Below are positions 25,260 to 37,925 of a stretch of DNA of 64,000 bases, in pieces. A model generated the notes under the pieces. It was given only the letters and a program-made list of their open reading frames with translations, was not told where the DNA came from and made no database searches. Made by a program: the position numbers and the translations under genes. This DNA comes from Camelus dromedarius. Its lineage: Eukaryota. The stretch covers positions 16,802,001-16,866,000 of the forward strand of contig NC_087463.1 in assembly GCF_036321535.1 (NCBI RefSeq), read 5' to 3'. Positions within the stretch are counted from its first letter, which is position 1; every line of letters starts with the position of its first letter.

Positions 25260-26960
25260 TCAGTTAAGGCATGAGCTGTTACTGAAACATACAAATTCCC
25301 TAGTATGAGCACACTAAATTGAACTGAAAGTATTTTTAAAGAATTACAAAACTGAGTAACTGTATGAGAAAAGAGCTCAGCCTTGCTAGTAATCAAAGAC
25401 ATGTACAATAGTTTATCAGATACACTTTGTCACCTATCAAGTTGGTAATTTAAAAAATATATGTAAACTATGTGAAATACGTATGTGCAAGTGTAAGGTG
25501 AAGTGAAATAAGCGTTTGCATTAACAACTAGTAAGAGTATAAACTGGTACAGGCTTCCTGGAGCCTTTATATCGTGCATAACACTGGATCCAGTAATTTC
25601 ACTTGAGGAAGTAAGTAATGTCTTTTTCTTCCTTCCAGATGCAAAACATACTATAAGGGTATAAAAATTAAAGCAGCATATTTGAATAAAGAACAGAATA
25701 GAGAAAGAAATTGAAACAGATATGACTATTTAGTATCTTAAGTTGGTATCTGGAATGAGTGGCAAAAGATGGTATGGAATAGAAATGATTTGGAGACAAC
25801 TGGATATTCCTTGAGCAAAAAAGAAACTTAGACCCCTCTCCTCATATCATTAAGCAAAAAGTAATTTCAAATGGATTGAATATCTGAACAACAAAGCCCT
25901 AGAAGAAAACACAAGAGACTATTTCAGAAACTTTGAGAGGAGAAAGCCTTTCTTAGCAAAGGCATAAAACCTAGAATTCACAGAGAAAATGACTAAAACT
26001 TGAACTAGAACTAAAAATATTTGTATGGCAAAATAAAATACCACAAGTAAAATTAAAACACAATTGATGGACTGAAAGAATACATTTGCCAGACATAAAA
26101 AACAAAGTTTCTATAAATCAATAATACAGATATAATTTAGTAGAAAATACATAAATGATTCAAAGAGGAAATGATTCACTAAAATGGAAATGCAATAGAC
26201 AGTAAACATTGAAAAGATGCTTAGTCTTCTTAATTATAAGGCAATGAAAATTAAGTTATATGTGAATTTTTGCCTATAAGTTTGGTACAATTTTGTTATT
26301 TATAATGTTCAAGAGGGTATGGAAAATGGGAATTCACACCGTTTTAGAGGTATAAATTCTTACATTTTAAACAATAATTTGGCAATATCTATTAAAATTT
26401 TAAAAGCCACAAATACTATTACTCAGACATTTCTCTTCCAGGAAGTTATATTATGTAAATACTCAACATGCACACAAAGATCCAAGGGTGATTATGGCAG
26501 TTTTGTTTATAACAGGAAAATAAACAAATAGGAATAGACCTATAGTCCATCAACTGGGGAAAATGGGAGGGACAGAGACACAGTGATTAAGCCGACAGGG
26601 GGTACAGAATCAAACTAAAATTTTTTATTATAAATAAATGAATAAAAACTAAAAATAACATAAATGTCATAACCAAGCTATTGCTTTAAAACTTACGGTA
26701 TGTCTATAATGAAATACTTCACAGTTATTCAAAATGATGCTTTTTACTCCAATAGGAAAAGGTTCATGGTAAACGAGGTTACAATATCACATTTAGTATA
26801 AACTATTTTTGCAATATATACACTCCAAAGGAAGGCCACACATGAACACATTAACAATGACCTCTCTGGGTGGAGTAGGAAGGGGGTTCCAAGGTAGTTT
26901 AATTTATTCTCTCAATTTGTATTTTCCAATTTCTTCATCAATCACAACTGACTTCTGTAA
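25260..26960 (+). mobile_element. Old L1M ORF2 3' end and 3' UTR remnant
   Basis: ttccagatgcaaaacatactataag..., aacaactggatattcc...aaagaaacttagacccctctc, aaatggattgaatatctgaa. Confidence 0.8.
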
Positions 26961-28752
26961 TTAGGGAAATAAAAGTTGAACAGGAACAACAAAATGAAGA
27001 GTTAGGAGAGGGAGAAGAATTTCTGAAACTAAGGCAGAGTGCTTTATTTTCTCTTTCTCCCCAAACCCCAACTACCTAAAATGAAATGCTTTATCCTTAT
27101 TTTATATATATAAATACAAAATGTTTTAAATTCCTCTCCAAAACATCCATAATACCATCCACACTCACAGCTGTTAATCCCTTATCATTGAGGGGTTTGG
27201 GAATTTGTATGGTGGAATCCATGAAGTCCACATTCTGCTGTCAATCTTAACACCAGGGGTTTTAGAAAGTAGCATGAATGAAATGTGCTAACGCTAGCCT
27301 TAGGATACAATCATTCTACAAAACATGTCTATTTTTTTAACCAAAGAGTGAATACACATTTCAGCTGCTATGTATAAAAATATTCACTTTTCAATACGAA
27401 AGCTAAGCTGCAATGGGAAGAGAATATAATGAACTGTAAGAAAAATTTAAAGTTATAAGCTTGTGCAGCCATGCACAAAAACTTCTAAAAACTGTGACCA
27501 TCCAAGGGTTCCTCTCTGAATGGGTCTTTTATTCCAGTGAGTTGGCACAGTGAAAGATGCAATGCATTGTTCTGACATCACACCAGGGTGAAAACACACA
27601 GTTCTGCTGACATCAATACAATGCACTACAATATATTTTTTACATCTTCTGTAGGTGTTCTGAAAGGACCCCATTGGTGGGAATGTTTTTTCTTTTTTTA
27701 ATTGCAGGAAAATCCCCGCAATGAATAGAGCACAAAAGTATTTCGATTTCCTAGGAAAAACTGGAGTCTACTTAGAAATGTGACAGTAACATGAAGCATA
27801 CAAATAGAAAGAAATTTCAAAGGGAACATATAAAACACTTTTCCTGTGTCACAGTTCATTATGCAAACTCCACATATGTTAGTATAATGCAGTGTACTTA
27901 AGAAAATTAGTTTATGAGGAAACTTGTGTATAATAAATGTCAGCAGATCAAGAGAAACTTAATCTTGATGTAGACATGATTTTCTCTCTTCCTCAGCTCT
28001 TTCATTCTCACGCCTCCTGGTCTTATTCAAAATTATCTTTATTTAAATTCTTATAAATGAGTTTTCTTGTGGACTTCACAGCCCCTCTGTCAAATTCCAG
28101 AAACCAAAATATAAAATATTATCAGATGTAGGTGTGGATGGCAACATGGATAATGTGGGGTGAAATTAAACCAGTGGGAAACTGGACAAGTAAGGAACAG
28201 ATGCAAAGTTTGGACTCTAGTGGGTCTTGGATACTGAATATTCAACTGTAAGAAGAGCTCAGAATCTTGTTACATGCAGCTTGACTCAGAAACTGGAGAA
28301 ACACAAAGGAAGATACTCACCAAAATCAATTCATCTCTGTCATATGATATATATCAGCCTCCTATGACCCTCATGTTGTACAAAACAGTAGCCCCAAATG
28401 AATTACAGGAATTAGGGTACTTAATCATTTGTTAGATTAATATATTAATTATAGAAAGATATAGATAGATTTTAAATAAAATAGTATAATATAGTGTGCT
28501 TAAGTTGATATGGATTTCACTGTACACAAGAGTCAAAATGAAGTGATTTAGGATTCTACATGCTGTATGTGCTTTCTTATATAAGTATATTTATATAGGA
28601 CAATTTCCACATAATAGCAAGTCTGTCCAAAAACATGTAGAACACCCAAAATAAAGGCATGAGTAAGAATGAAACCAATCATTAATCAAAGCATTCTATT
28701 GAATTCTATTCGAGTTATTTAATATACATGATTACCAAAGAGGAATTTTCAG

Positions 28753-28935
28753 ATTTTTAACTTGTGGTAAAATATAAATAAACATAAAATTGACCATTTT
28801 AGCCATCTGTAAACATACAGTTCAGCAGCATTAAGTACATTCACATTGTTGGGCTAACAGAACCACCATTCATTCCCAGAACTTTTTACCCTTCCAAACT
28901 GAAATTCCACACTTATTAAACAATAACTACTCATA
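28753..28935 (-). mobile_element. L1MB-like 3' end
   Basis: ttgtggtaaaatata...aacataaaattgaccattttagccat...tacagttcagcagcattaagtacattcacattgttg. Confidence 0.8.
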
Positions 28936-30334
28936 GTAAAAAAAAAAATTAATAGAGGGAAAATATCGACAAATGTACAAAAACATCACTTAGTAAGTCA
29001 AAGTCAGAATAAAGAAAATAGATTTTGATGTGATGTTTCCCAAACTATAAATGTAAAACCTCTTTTGTGATTTATTTTTTGCTCTATTCTAGCTCATTTA
29101 TTAAGTACTTTTATTAACTTCGTATTTATTATCTAATTGTCTAGCAATTGTCAGTTAACCATCAGTACACTGGGAAAAATAGTTATCATTGCTTATCATC
29201 TAAGTACAATGGGCCCTTTTAATTTTTTATACAAGTCATTTTACAAATAAAGTACAGAAAAATAAAGAGAAAGATTTTTAGCTATTTAAAATTTCATAAG
29301 AATTTAATCATAAAAGACCTCATTTGATCAAGTAAATTTTGAGCACAAGCATCATAAAAGAAGAAATAGCACTGTCAAACATGCTTTTTGTGAGTCTTGT
29401 CTCAAAATACAAACATACTGAAGTCCTCAATTGAATGACAAACTGGATGAGAGATATCCTATTTTCTTTTGTGTTCTTAGAAATAAATTGTTCATTCAAT
29501 AGTTTTTAAATTTGCGAAAATTCATGCTAGACATCTCCATCTGAAAACTAACCACCTCAAACGTTGCTTATATGATCAATTTATGGTCTGCCTCTTTCCG
29601 TTTATATTTTGATTCATCTTATAATTTTAAACCAGCTTCCCCTATCTACTTCTTTCCTTTGCCATTTTGGGGCACAAATGTAAAGTTCTAAATTCTCAAC
29701 CATTTCAATGAAAGCTAAACGGACACCACAGAGATGATGTCTTCAGTCTTCTCCTATACCATTCCAGAAATATGATACAATCCTTTGGGCAACATAATAA
29801 AAAAGCTGAAGAACAATGATTTATTTTACTATTATATCGTTCTTTGGAGAACTTCAAATTTAGGGTATTCTACCATTCTTATGTTTTCCTGTTATTTCAG
29901 TTTGGCCTAGTTGTTAATAATCAATGAGTAATGATTAAATAATTCTAAGATAATGATCTAGCACAATGTTCCAAGATATAAAAAATAATGATAATAATAA
30001 GATCTCATATTATGTTTTAGATTTACAAAAAGTAAATCTAAGTGTTTAAAAGACCCATATAGTAATTGCAAGAGTGAATGAGAGGGGTTTTCCCTATTTA
30101 AAAGAAATTACAAATTTTCTCTTTGTTCTTTGGAAGCCTGGGATGAAAAAATAAAAATCATGAAGTATCAGTCCTTACAAATAGTTAAACCTGTTCAAAA
30201 ATAAAATCTAAAACTAAAATTGGACCCAAGAGACCCTGTGGTATACCAATGAAATAAATGTATTACAGAAGTAAATTCTGTATCACTGACATAATTAGAA
30301 AAACAACATATCTGCTATATCAGTTAGAACTGTG

Positions 30335-30650
30335 TTCCTTTATATACCCTCCTAAACTAACAACAGCTTAAACAGATAAATCTCTCAGAAAGGAAGAATG
30401 AAGCTAGGGCAGAAAATGTACATCTCTCAAGCATGCTCTCCTTAAGCATCCTTCCTAGATGTCACTCATGGCATTTCTGCTTATCTCAACAGTGAGAACT
30501 AAAACACGTGACCAGGCTTAGGTGCAAGGAAAGCTAGGCATTACAGTCTTTTAGCTGGACACATTGCCACTACCAATAACAAAGAGCCTCCTTTAGTAAA
30601 GGAGAAGGGAGTAATGGACTTGGGGTAGGTAACGAATATTTTGTGCCACA
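30335..30650 (-). mobile_element. MaLR LTR fragment (MLT1J/K-like)
   Basis: catttctgcttatctc...ggtgcaaggaaagctaggcattacagtcttttagctggacacattgcc...ggacttggggtagg. Confidence 0.6.
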
Positions 30651-31084
30651 ACCACCAAAGAACAGAAGGTAATACAAGAAAAAATAATACTATAAATAGA
30701 TATATATTACTGATAACTAAAGTCTAAAGCCCAAAAGCTTCTCACTTGGTTATAAAGGGAAAATATCAAATACCAGAAAAATGTTAGTGATTTCCTCTTC
30801 AACTTGACTCCAATCAAAGTACTGAAAAGGGCAATAACAATTTCCCCCCACAATGATTTTATAATTTAATGATTCAGTATCATTTAATGGTGTATTTATG
30901 TAGCACTTAAAATCACCTCCTGAATGACCAGCAGTGTGCCTCCCACACTTTGGGAAAGGTTAGGCTAAAGTGAAAAAATCATGAAAGGAGATAAGATCTT
31001 AGACGTAAACTGAGGATAGGGAGAGATAAAAAACTAGTTGCTAGGCCAAGGAATTCTAAAATAGAATTTTGGAATTTATATCTA

Positions 31085-31380
31085 CACAGGCACTTAGACA
31101 TTATCTAGCCATAGAACCATAAACTCACAAAATTGAAAATTAGCTTAAAAGTAATCTTTTCCATTGAATAGGATGATTATTTTAAAAACATCTTTGGAGG
31201 CTAGTTATCTAAGCTCTGTTTCAATTCTTGGAAGGGTTGAACCATTGAAATGAATATGGAGCCAATAATTATCAACCAATTTCACTTTAAAACCCTTCTA
31301 ATCCTAGAAAATTCTTCCTAATACAGAATTAAAACAAGCCTGTTTCCTCACTGGAACTATATAGAAAAAGGAATTTAATC
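31085..31380 (-). mobile_element. L3/CR1 3' fragment
   Basis: ctagaaaattcttcctaatacagaattaaa resembles the reverse L3 end. Confidence 0.45.
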
Positions 31381-31409
31381 ACTTTTCCATGTATAAATTC
31401 TCTAAAATT

Positions 31410-31640
31410 TCATTTATTCACTTTTATTCATTTATAACTTCTACTTATTCATTCTTATTTAAAAGACTACTTGAATATATTTTTATGTAAAAATTGTAAT
31501 TTATACAACTAAAGAGCCCCTTGACCCTCCCTGAATCCCACAGGGGGAACTATCATTATCAGCTTGATTTGAATCATTCCAGATCTTTTATCTCTTTATG
31601 TACATAGGGAAATGTATTGTTTTGTGGGGGGCTCCCATAA

Positions 31641-31698
<58 letters not shown>

Positions 31699-32090
31699 CA
31701 ACATACATTTTTTCACTTAATAATCCTTGATGATATTTTTGCATGTCAGAACCTATAGATCTGCCTCTTAAATTTTAACCACTGCATGGTATTCGATAGT
31801 TGTATCAAGGATAAAACCTATGATAAACCCTTAGGATATTTCCAATTTGGGGCAATTAACAAAACTGCTAGAGTAAATACCCTTGTAAATTTATCTGTAT
31901 ATGTACCTTTGTGCATATGCACTTGTGTACAAAATTTCTCTAAATGACCTACAAATGTGTATTTTTAAAAAACTGATCATACCAAATTGCCATGCAACAC
32001 AACTATTCCATTTCATGCCCACTATCAGATTCTGAGAATCTCCATTACCTCACATTCTCATCAGTACTCCATACTATCAGTATCTGTGCC
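31410..32090 (-). mobile_element. L1ME-like 3' fragment
   Basis: gaacctatagatctgcctc...ccactgcatggtattc...gatatttccaatttggggcaatta...gagaatctccattacctcacattctcatcagtac. Confidence 0.7.
31647..31694. repeat. (AT)24 microsatellite
   Basis: Perfect AT dinucleotide run of 48 bp. Confidence 0.97.
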
Positions 32091-32149
32091 TTTTCTTAAT
32101 CTAAAACAACCTTTCATTTTTTAAAGTCATTTACAATATCTCTAAAATC

Positions 32150-32830
32150 TTTTCTTTCCAAACCTAGCCCTCTAGCTCCTTCAATCCTACCCTTATGGGT
32201 CATGGTTTTTAGACCTTTCACTATCCCAGCCTGACTCCTGGAGACACCTCAATTTATCACTGTCGCTTTTAAAATGTATTTCCAAGAACTGATTATAATG
32301 GTGCAACTGTACTCTGACCCAACCTGTGTCAGGACAAAATAGCACTGTTACCTATCTTCTTTGGGACTGGTAGATCTTAATATTTCATGAGTTATTGTTC
32401 TTATTAAGAATTTAATAAAAGGTATGAACCTTTTCTCCTAAAAAAAAGTACACAAACATGCAATATGCATAGAATGTCAGAGGCTTCATGAACCACAGAC
32501 CCAAAGTTAATCATTTATTAATGCAGCCTTAAATCACATTTATATTTCAGTAGCCGTAACACACTGTTGATTCACATTCAGTTTGCAATCAACTGTATCC
32601 GAAGTCTAATTTATATTATATATTTAACTACTGGAAAATTACATCGTTGTCAGCCTATATTTTTTATACTTCTGGAAGCTAAGTACTGAGCATTTGCATT
32701 ATTCTTTTAATGTTTCATCTTTTCACTTCCTATCTATTCCATCAGCCCACTGAGCTCTTTGTGAACTGGTTAGGTCTGCTAATTTATGAATGTCTTCATT
32801 CATCTCAATGAGAAAGATTTAAGTAGGAGC
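32150..32830 (-). mobile_element. L3/CR1 ORF2 fragment with a probable hAT MITE inserted (~32360-32515)
   Basis: aatgcagccttaaatcacatt...cagccgtaacacactgttgattcacattcagtttgcaatcaac matches reverse L3. Confidence 0.55.
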
Positions 32831-32884
32831 ACAGCATGTCATACAGCTTCTCTCCAGAAGCTTTCATTTTTTTTCCAACAATTT

Positions 32885-33230
32885 TTTTTTGAGTGACCAC
32901 TGTGGGCCAGACTCTGAAGTAACTAAGCTGTGACCTAACACATACTTGTCCTCCCCTGAAAGATATCAGTACAAATTGATCAACATCTTGCTGAAATCTA
33001 GGTATATTTTTTGCATAGTAAGTATCACATAGTCTACCAAATGAGAAGCCTAAGCATCAAGACGGGAATTGATATTTGTTTGCATTGCCCTGATTTGTTC
33101 ACATATTCTTTCAAAAGACTTTTTGAGCATATTTCAGGTGAGAGGTGCTGTCCTGGGGCCGGAACTACAGTGATGCACATGACATAATGATGCCTCCCTC
33201 GTGGAGGTTATAGTCTAATGAGGGACTGCT
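32885..33230 (-). mobile_element. L2 3' fragments
   Basis: ttttttgagtgaccactgtgggccagactctg; ttttgagcatatttcaggtgagaggtgctgtcctgggg...ggaggttatagtctaatgaggg. Confidence 0.5.
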
Positions 33231-33535
33231 GCGCTCATACTGGCTCTAAGGCATCATCACGAGTGTTTCAAAACTTCTATTGAATAGTTCATTCTAAAAA
33301 TGTGCCCACTATAAAAAAAAAAAAAACAGGTCAGGGACATTACTTGATCTTTTCAAACTTAAATAGCTAACTAGTGATTAAGTTTGGCATTATTTGATCA
33401 ACAGTAAGAGTGGTGAGTTACCAAAATGGTGTCCAAAGAAAACATTCAAGAATTTTGTAAGTAAATGAAGCAGAGGAGGACAACAGAGGATAGCAAGAAG
33501 ACAGCAGAAACTCAGAACATTAAAAATGTGGTGTA

Positions 33536-33565
33536 GTGCTCAATTCGGCAGCACATATACTAAAA
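33536..33565 (+). pseudogene. RNU6 (pseudogene): 3'-truncated U6 snRNA retrocopy (nt 1-30)
   Basis: GTGCTCAATTCGGCAGCACATATACTAAAA matches 28/30 of U6 nt 1-30 (GTGCTCGCTTCGGCAGCACATATACTAAAA). Flanked by GTGGTGTA at 33528-33535 and 33570-33577. Confidence 0.9.
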
Positions 33566-33577
33566 AAAAGTGGTGTA

Positions 33578-33689
33578 GAAAAAGAATATGGACACAAATA
33601 TATGTATGTATATGTATGTCTGAAACATTATGCTGTACACCAGAACCTGACACATTGTAAACTGACTACAGTTCATTTAAAAACATAGG
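33578..33689 (+). mobile_element. Young L1 extreme 3' end (cetartiodactyl/camelid type)
   Basis: gaaaaagaatatg...tatatgtatgtatatgtatgtctgaaacattatgctgtacaccag...acattgtaaactgactacagttc, then an A-rich tail. Confidence 0.88.
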
Positions 33690-35552
33690 AAAAGTGTAAT
33701 CTAATCTATTGACTATGAATATAAATTTCACTTAATGAAATTCATAATATTCTCTCTTATTATCTTTGTAAATTCACTATTATCACCAGAGGCGAGCATC
33801 TCCTACTTCCATATTCCAAAAGGGAAGTCCAGGATCTCTGAGTCTCTAGCAATGGGGCTTAACGATTTCACTGTTTAATCATGTCCATATCTATGGAAAA
33901 GCCCAGCTCTTTTTCTGGATATGTGGGTGTCTCAGAATGTAAACTATCGTAAGTATTACTTCTTCAAAGGGGCACATGGTAACACAGAATTAACAATTTC
34001 AATGAAAAATTGAATTTGATTTATTTAGTGTCAGTGAGTTTTTTTAAAAGTAGTTTTCATCTGAATAGTTAGAAATTCTACTTTCAATAGACTGCATATC
34101 ATAAAATGAGCTCATTTTCCAAGCCACTTTTCAAAAATCTAAACACTACCATGCTTACTATGCTTAATATTGAAAATAACAAAAGAAGCATATTGATTTG
34201 GGATTAATATGGGTCTGAGGCCATGCATTCATGACCTGAATCAGGATGGTAACACACACACAGAAAAATATTTCACTTAGTGCAATGTTAAATTAACATT
34301 AGTTCTTTAGCTCCATGTGACAGAAGAATGATTTCCTACATAAGCTTAAAGCCATAATTAAACATATATTTCATTTCTCTTTTAGAATAGTCTTTTGAGC
34401 ACATCTGATAACAGCTGCAAGGAAAGCAACTGACAGTTTCCAGTCAAAAGGAAAACTGTTGATTCTTTATAAGCTACTTTGTGGCTTTTCAAATCCTCTT
34501 TTTGTCTCTCCACCTCATCTTCCCCTGCTTGATATTATTTCTTGAATTAGAAAATTAGTGTTTTACTAGAAAAATAATGTTGCTACAAGTAAAAAAAATT
34601 AAATAGCCAAATTAATGAGAATTTGTCTAACTGCTTTCTAGTTAGTCAGGCATTTCTGTTGACCCTTGCTCTATGTTTTTGAGAAAAGCTGTTATTAGAA
34701 GAAAACTACATAGTTACAACTGCAAATTACATTTTTTAGAAAACCTAAACTATTTCCACATCTCAGAGAAATATTAATACTCAGCATGGCAGCCAGGATT
34801 CTGAAAAAGATCATCACACTGTGAGCTTTTGATTACATGAGATTTAATGGAAATTTTTCACAGAATACATTATAAATAAGAATAAAAATATGTATTTGTT
34901 AAATGTTGTATTTATATGAAATATAGTATACACATAAATACATACTTACATGTTTATAAATATATCAAATATATTTCTAAATATGTTTTTTAATAAATGG
35001 TCATATTTCATAGATATAGCTAGTAAGTATGAAAGGGCCTATAATTCATAAATAAAATTTTCATGACTCATCCATTTAACATAAACTTACTCTATGAAAC
35101 AGTAGGGGAAATATTTTCCAACGACTGTATTTTTTTACTGTTCTTTTGGACAGACAGCAATGTGCCTTTCTATTACTTTTGCTTGTTTGCTTTCCTGAGT
35201 CTAAATGCTAATAATTAGCAAAGGAGGAAATATTTTCTGTGAATTAAAAACATCTGCAACTCTTCTTTCCCTTCTTCTAGATAAATTAACTTTCCCTGAA
35301 GCAGCAGGAGAAAAGAGAGAAAAAAGTAAATTGTTAGTTTTGTAGCTTAGGGTAGGCCTTGTGAATAAGTGACCAGCTTACCTACTAACTAAAAACACAA
35401 CTTTGTAATTATCATTTGGCTTTACTGCTTCCTGTTCTTTCCTTTCATTCAGCATCACAATCAGCACTAGCTACTACATGCAATGGCTACCCACAGCATC
35501 CATCCTAAGCAAAATTATGAAACTGACAATCATGTTTTTACTTTAGAAAAAG

Positions 35553-36105
35553 TGTGAGTGATCCAGTAAGCTCATCTGCTGTTAAAAGTACATCACTTTT
35601 ATGGATATGCGATGGCTTTGTTCAGTGGGAGAGGACAAGGGCAAATCCTGAGCAGGTCAGGAGTCACATGAGAAGTGGGCCACGAAAGATGTGGTCAACA
35701 GACTGAGGTCAGCTTGAAAGAAGCAGAGGAGGTTTTCAGAGCACAGGGAGAATACTCAGGGAAGGGTCTCTACCCCCTTAGTGTCCCCATTGTCAGCCCT
35801 GCCAAGGCAGTCTCCATCAGAGCGCTTAGCGTGGTGGTGACACAGCCTGGGTCTTCTTCAATCTTCAGCTTCTCTAAGTGTGTCTGAGGACTCATTCCTT
35901 GGTGTGGAGAATCCACTATTCTGTGAACTATACTCAGAGAGCACAATCCCATCTGTATGTCAACAATCTCTGCTCCACCCACAACCACCAACGCCCCGTC
36001 TTCCCTCTGTCCTGACTCCCCTGAAAATGATGTATCACAGGACTGAAGATCTACTAAGTCCATGCTGATTCTCTCCAGAAAATTCTTTTTCTTTTTAACT
36101 TAACA
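35553..36105 (-). mobile_element. Possible unclassified solo LTR
   Basis: About 550-bp GC-richer block reading TG...CA on the minus strand, with an AT-rich signal-like motif near its 3' end. No TSD found and family not recognised. Confidence 0.3.
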
Positions 36106-37292
36106 GCTCTATGCTACATTATAACATCTAGCCAGTATGAGCCACTGTTTAATCATGATGTGTTTCAGACTTCCAGCCCCTTCTCCTCCCTGTCTCCCCA
36201 TAAAATTTCCAAATTTAAGGCTCTGTTATCTGATTCTATAAATCTGAAGTTCTATAAAATTCTTTTATTTAATGCAAGTTGTTTATATTTCCCTTCCAAA
36301 TGCTAAAAAATGGACTATGTTTCATGTTCAACCACTAGATTAAATTCTTTCAGTCTGACAGTGATTTATCGTTTCCTAAAGTACCAAAATTAATTAAAGG
36401 ATGTAACATATATTAAGAGATAACAGTCTCACTTTTAAAGATTTTAACCATTTTTAAAAGTTTGTAATTATTTTGCAATTTTATCTTTTTCTTATTCTCT
36501 GGTAAGTAGGCCCTTTTTAGCCTAGTTTTACTATACTTATCCAAAAAAAAAAAAAAAAAAGCCATGCAAGATGACTTCCAGAACTGCTTCCAATGCAAAT
36601 TCAAGTATATGCCAGTGTTTCAACTCATGTTTACAGCTGTGCACTTGGATGTTGAAAACTCACCTCTCACCTTGTATGATGTTTACTGAATGGGAGGCCA
36701 ACTGAAACCAAAAAAAAATTTTTTTAAACTTATTTCTCTGGGGATTGGGCAACATGGCAGTACTAGTGCTGGTTATTATTTGTGTCTAAGTTAGACTTCA
36801 TTTTCTTTAGGATAGAGAAAATGCCCTTCCCGATCAATACAACATCTGTCACACTATGGGAGCTTATAAAACATACAGTGATTACTAAGATCTCATCCAT
36901 CTAGACTTCTGTATATACTAATTTTATTTAATGTCAAATAGCATTGATTTAAGATTAGTCAATGTAGTCTTTGGAAAAACATTTCCCAGAATGCACATTT
37001 TTTTGACATTTGCTTTGAGGTAGACTTAATAGTATCACTGGAATAATGTTGGAATCCAACCTGATAAAAGAACTCACCAAAAAAACAAAACCAAACCCCC
37101 CCCCCCAAAAAAAACAGCCAAGAGCTCACCTTCTGCTTATATCATTTTAAATCACATGTTTCTTTTTCCTCCTTTAATATTTTTCCTTTCCAACAGTAAA
37201 AGAAAGGTACAAGAATCCAGCCCTTAGTCACAAACCATTTTAGGAAATTCCTCAATATTCTCACTCCATTTTTTAACAAGCAATGAAAAAGC

Positions 37293-37318
37293 TAATCAAT
37301 GACAGGGTTAATAATTAG
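37293..37318 (+). promoter_or_regulatory. Adjacent ONECUT/HNF6-like and HNF1-like sites
   Basis: TAATCAATGA (37293-37302) and GGTTAATAATTAG (37306-37318), compared with the HNF1 consensus GGTTAATNATTAAC. Confidence 0.45.
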
Positions 37319-37356
37319 GTTCCAGAGCTTCTGCAGTATCTCCCATTACTCAACAG

Positions 37357-37850
37357 CCCCTTGCTCCCCTCTCCCCACCTTCCTCTCCCCCTCTGCCCGC
37401 CCCTCCTTCCTCCTGCAAACATTACGGAAAATGCAAGAACAGGATTGTGTTTCTGAGGGGAAAGCCAAGGCCTAGAGGTGTTCATGTCAGACCGCAGGCT
37501 CTGTATTTACAATTCCCCAGTCTTTGTTGTTCAGATTTGTTCTCAGGCAGGAAGTAGTGGGAACTTCCAGTGATGACCCCTTCATTGCCCCAGTGTAGAA
37601 AGTACAGTCCTCTACTCTCACATAAAAGGAATCTCAGAAGGAAGGAGATAGAGAACGACGAAGAAGGGGGTAGGGGGGCAGCTGCGGGGCAGTGGGACCC
37701 AGTGCCTCCCTTGCTGCCCCTCAGGCGGCGCTGAGCAGGTGAGCCCAGCCGAGGCCTGCCCGGAGCATGTACAACCTGCCATGCACTGCATCGTTCTCGC
37801 CCGACCTAAAACGGGAATAAAGAGCAGCTACTTCCCCAGGCGGCTGTGAG
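37357..37850. promoter_or_regulatory. Probable promoter / small CpG-rich element
   Basis: GC box CCCGCCCC at 37396-37403, 12 CpG in 37656-37842, G-run clusters on both strands, and donor CAG|GTGAGC at 37738/37739. Confidence 0.55.
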
Positions 37851-37925
37851 GATCAAATGAGTTAACATAAAGAAAGCTCTCAGAAAGAGGCCTGGCACAC
37901 ACGAAGCCCTCACTAGATCATTTTG
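37760..37925 (+). mobile_element. MIR SINE (CpG-rich copy)
   Basis: gctgtgaggatcaaatgagttaacataaagaaagctctcagaaagaggcctggcacacacgaagccctca is the MIR 3' half. Confidence 0.75.

Noticed and set aside
33536-33565. Functional U6 gene or classic U6/L1 chimera
   Set aside because: Only 30 nt are present and no upstream PSE/TATA is evident. A TSD copy separates U6 from L1, unlike canonical chimeras.
35770-36063. 97-aa ORF as a lectin, collagen or other processed pseudogene
   Set aside because: No Gly-X-Y periodicity or recognisable domain in any frame, and no poly(A) or TSD.
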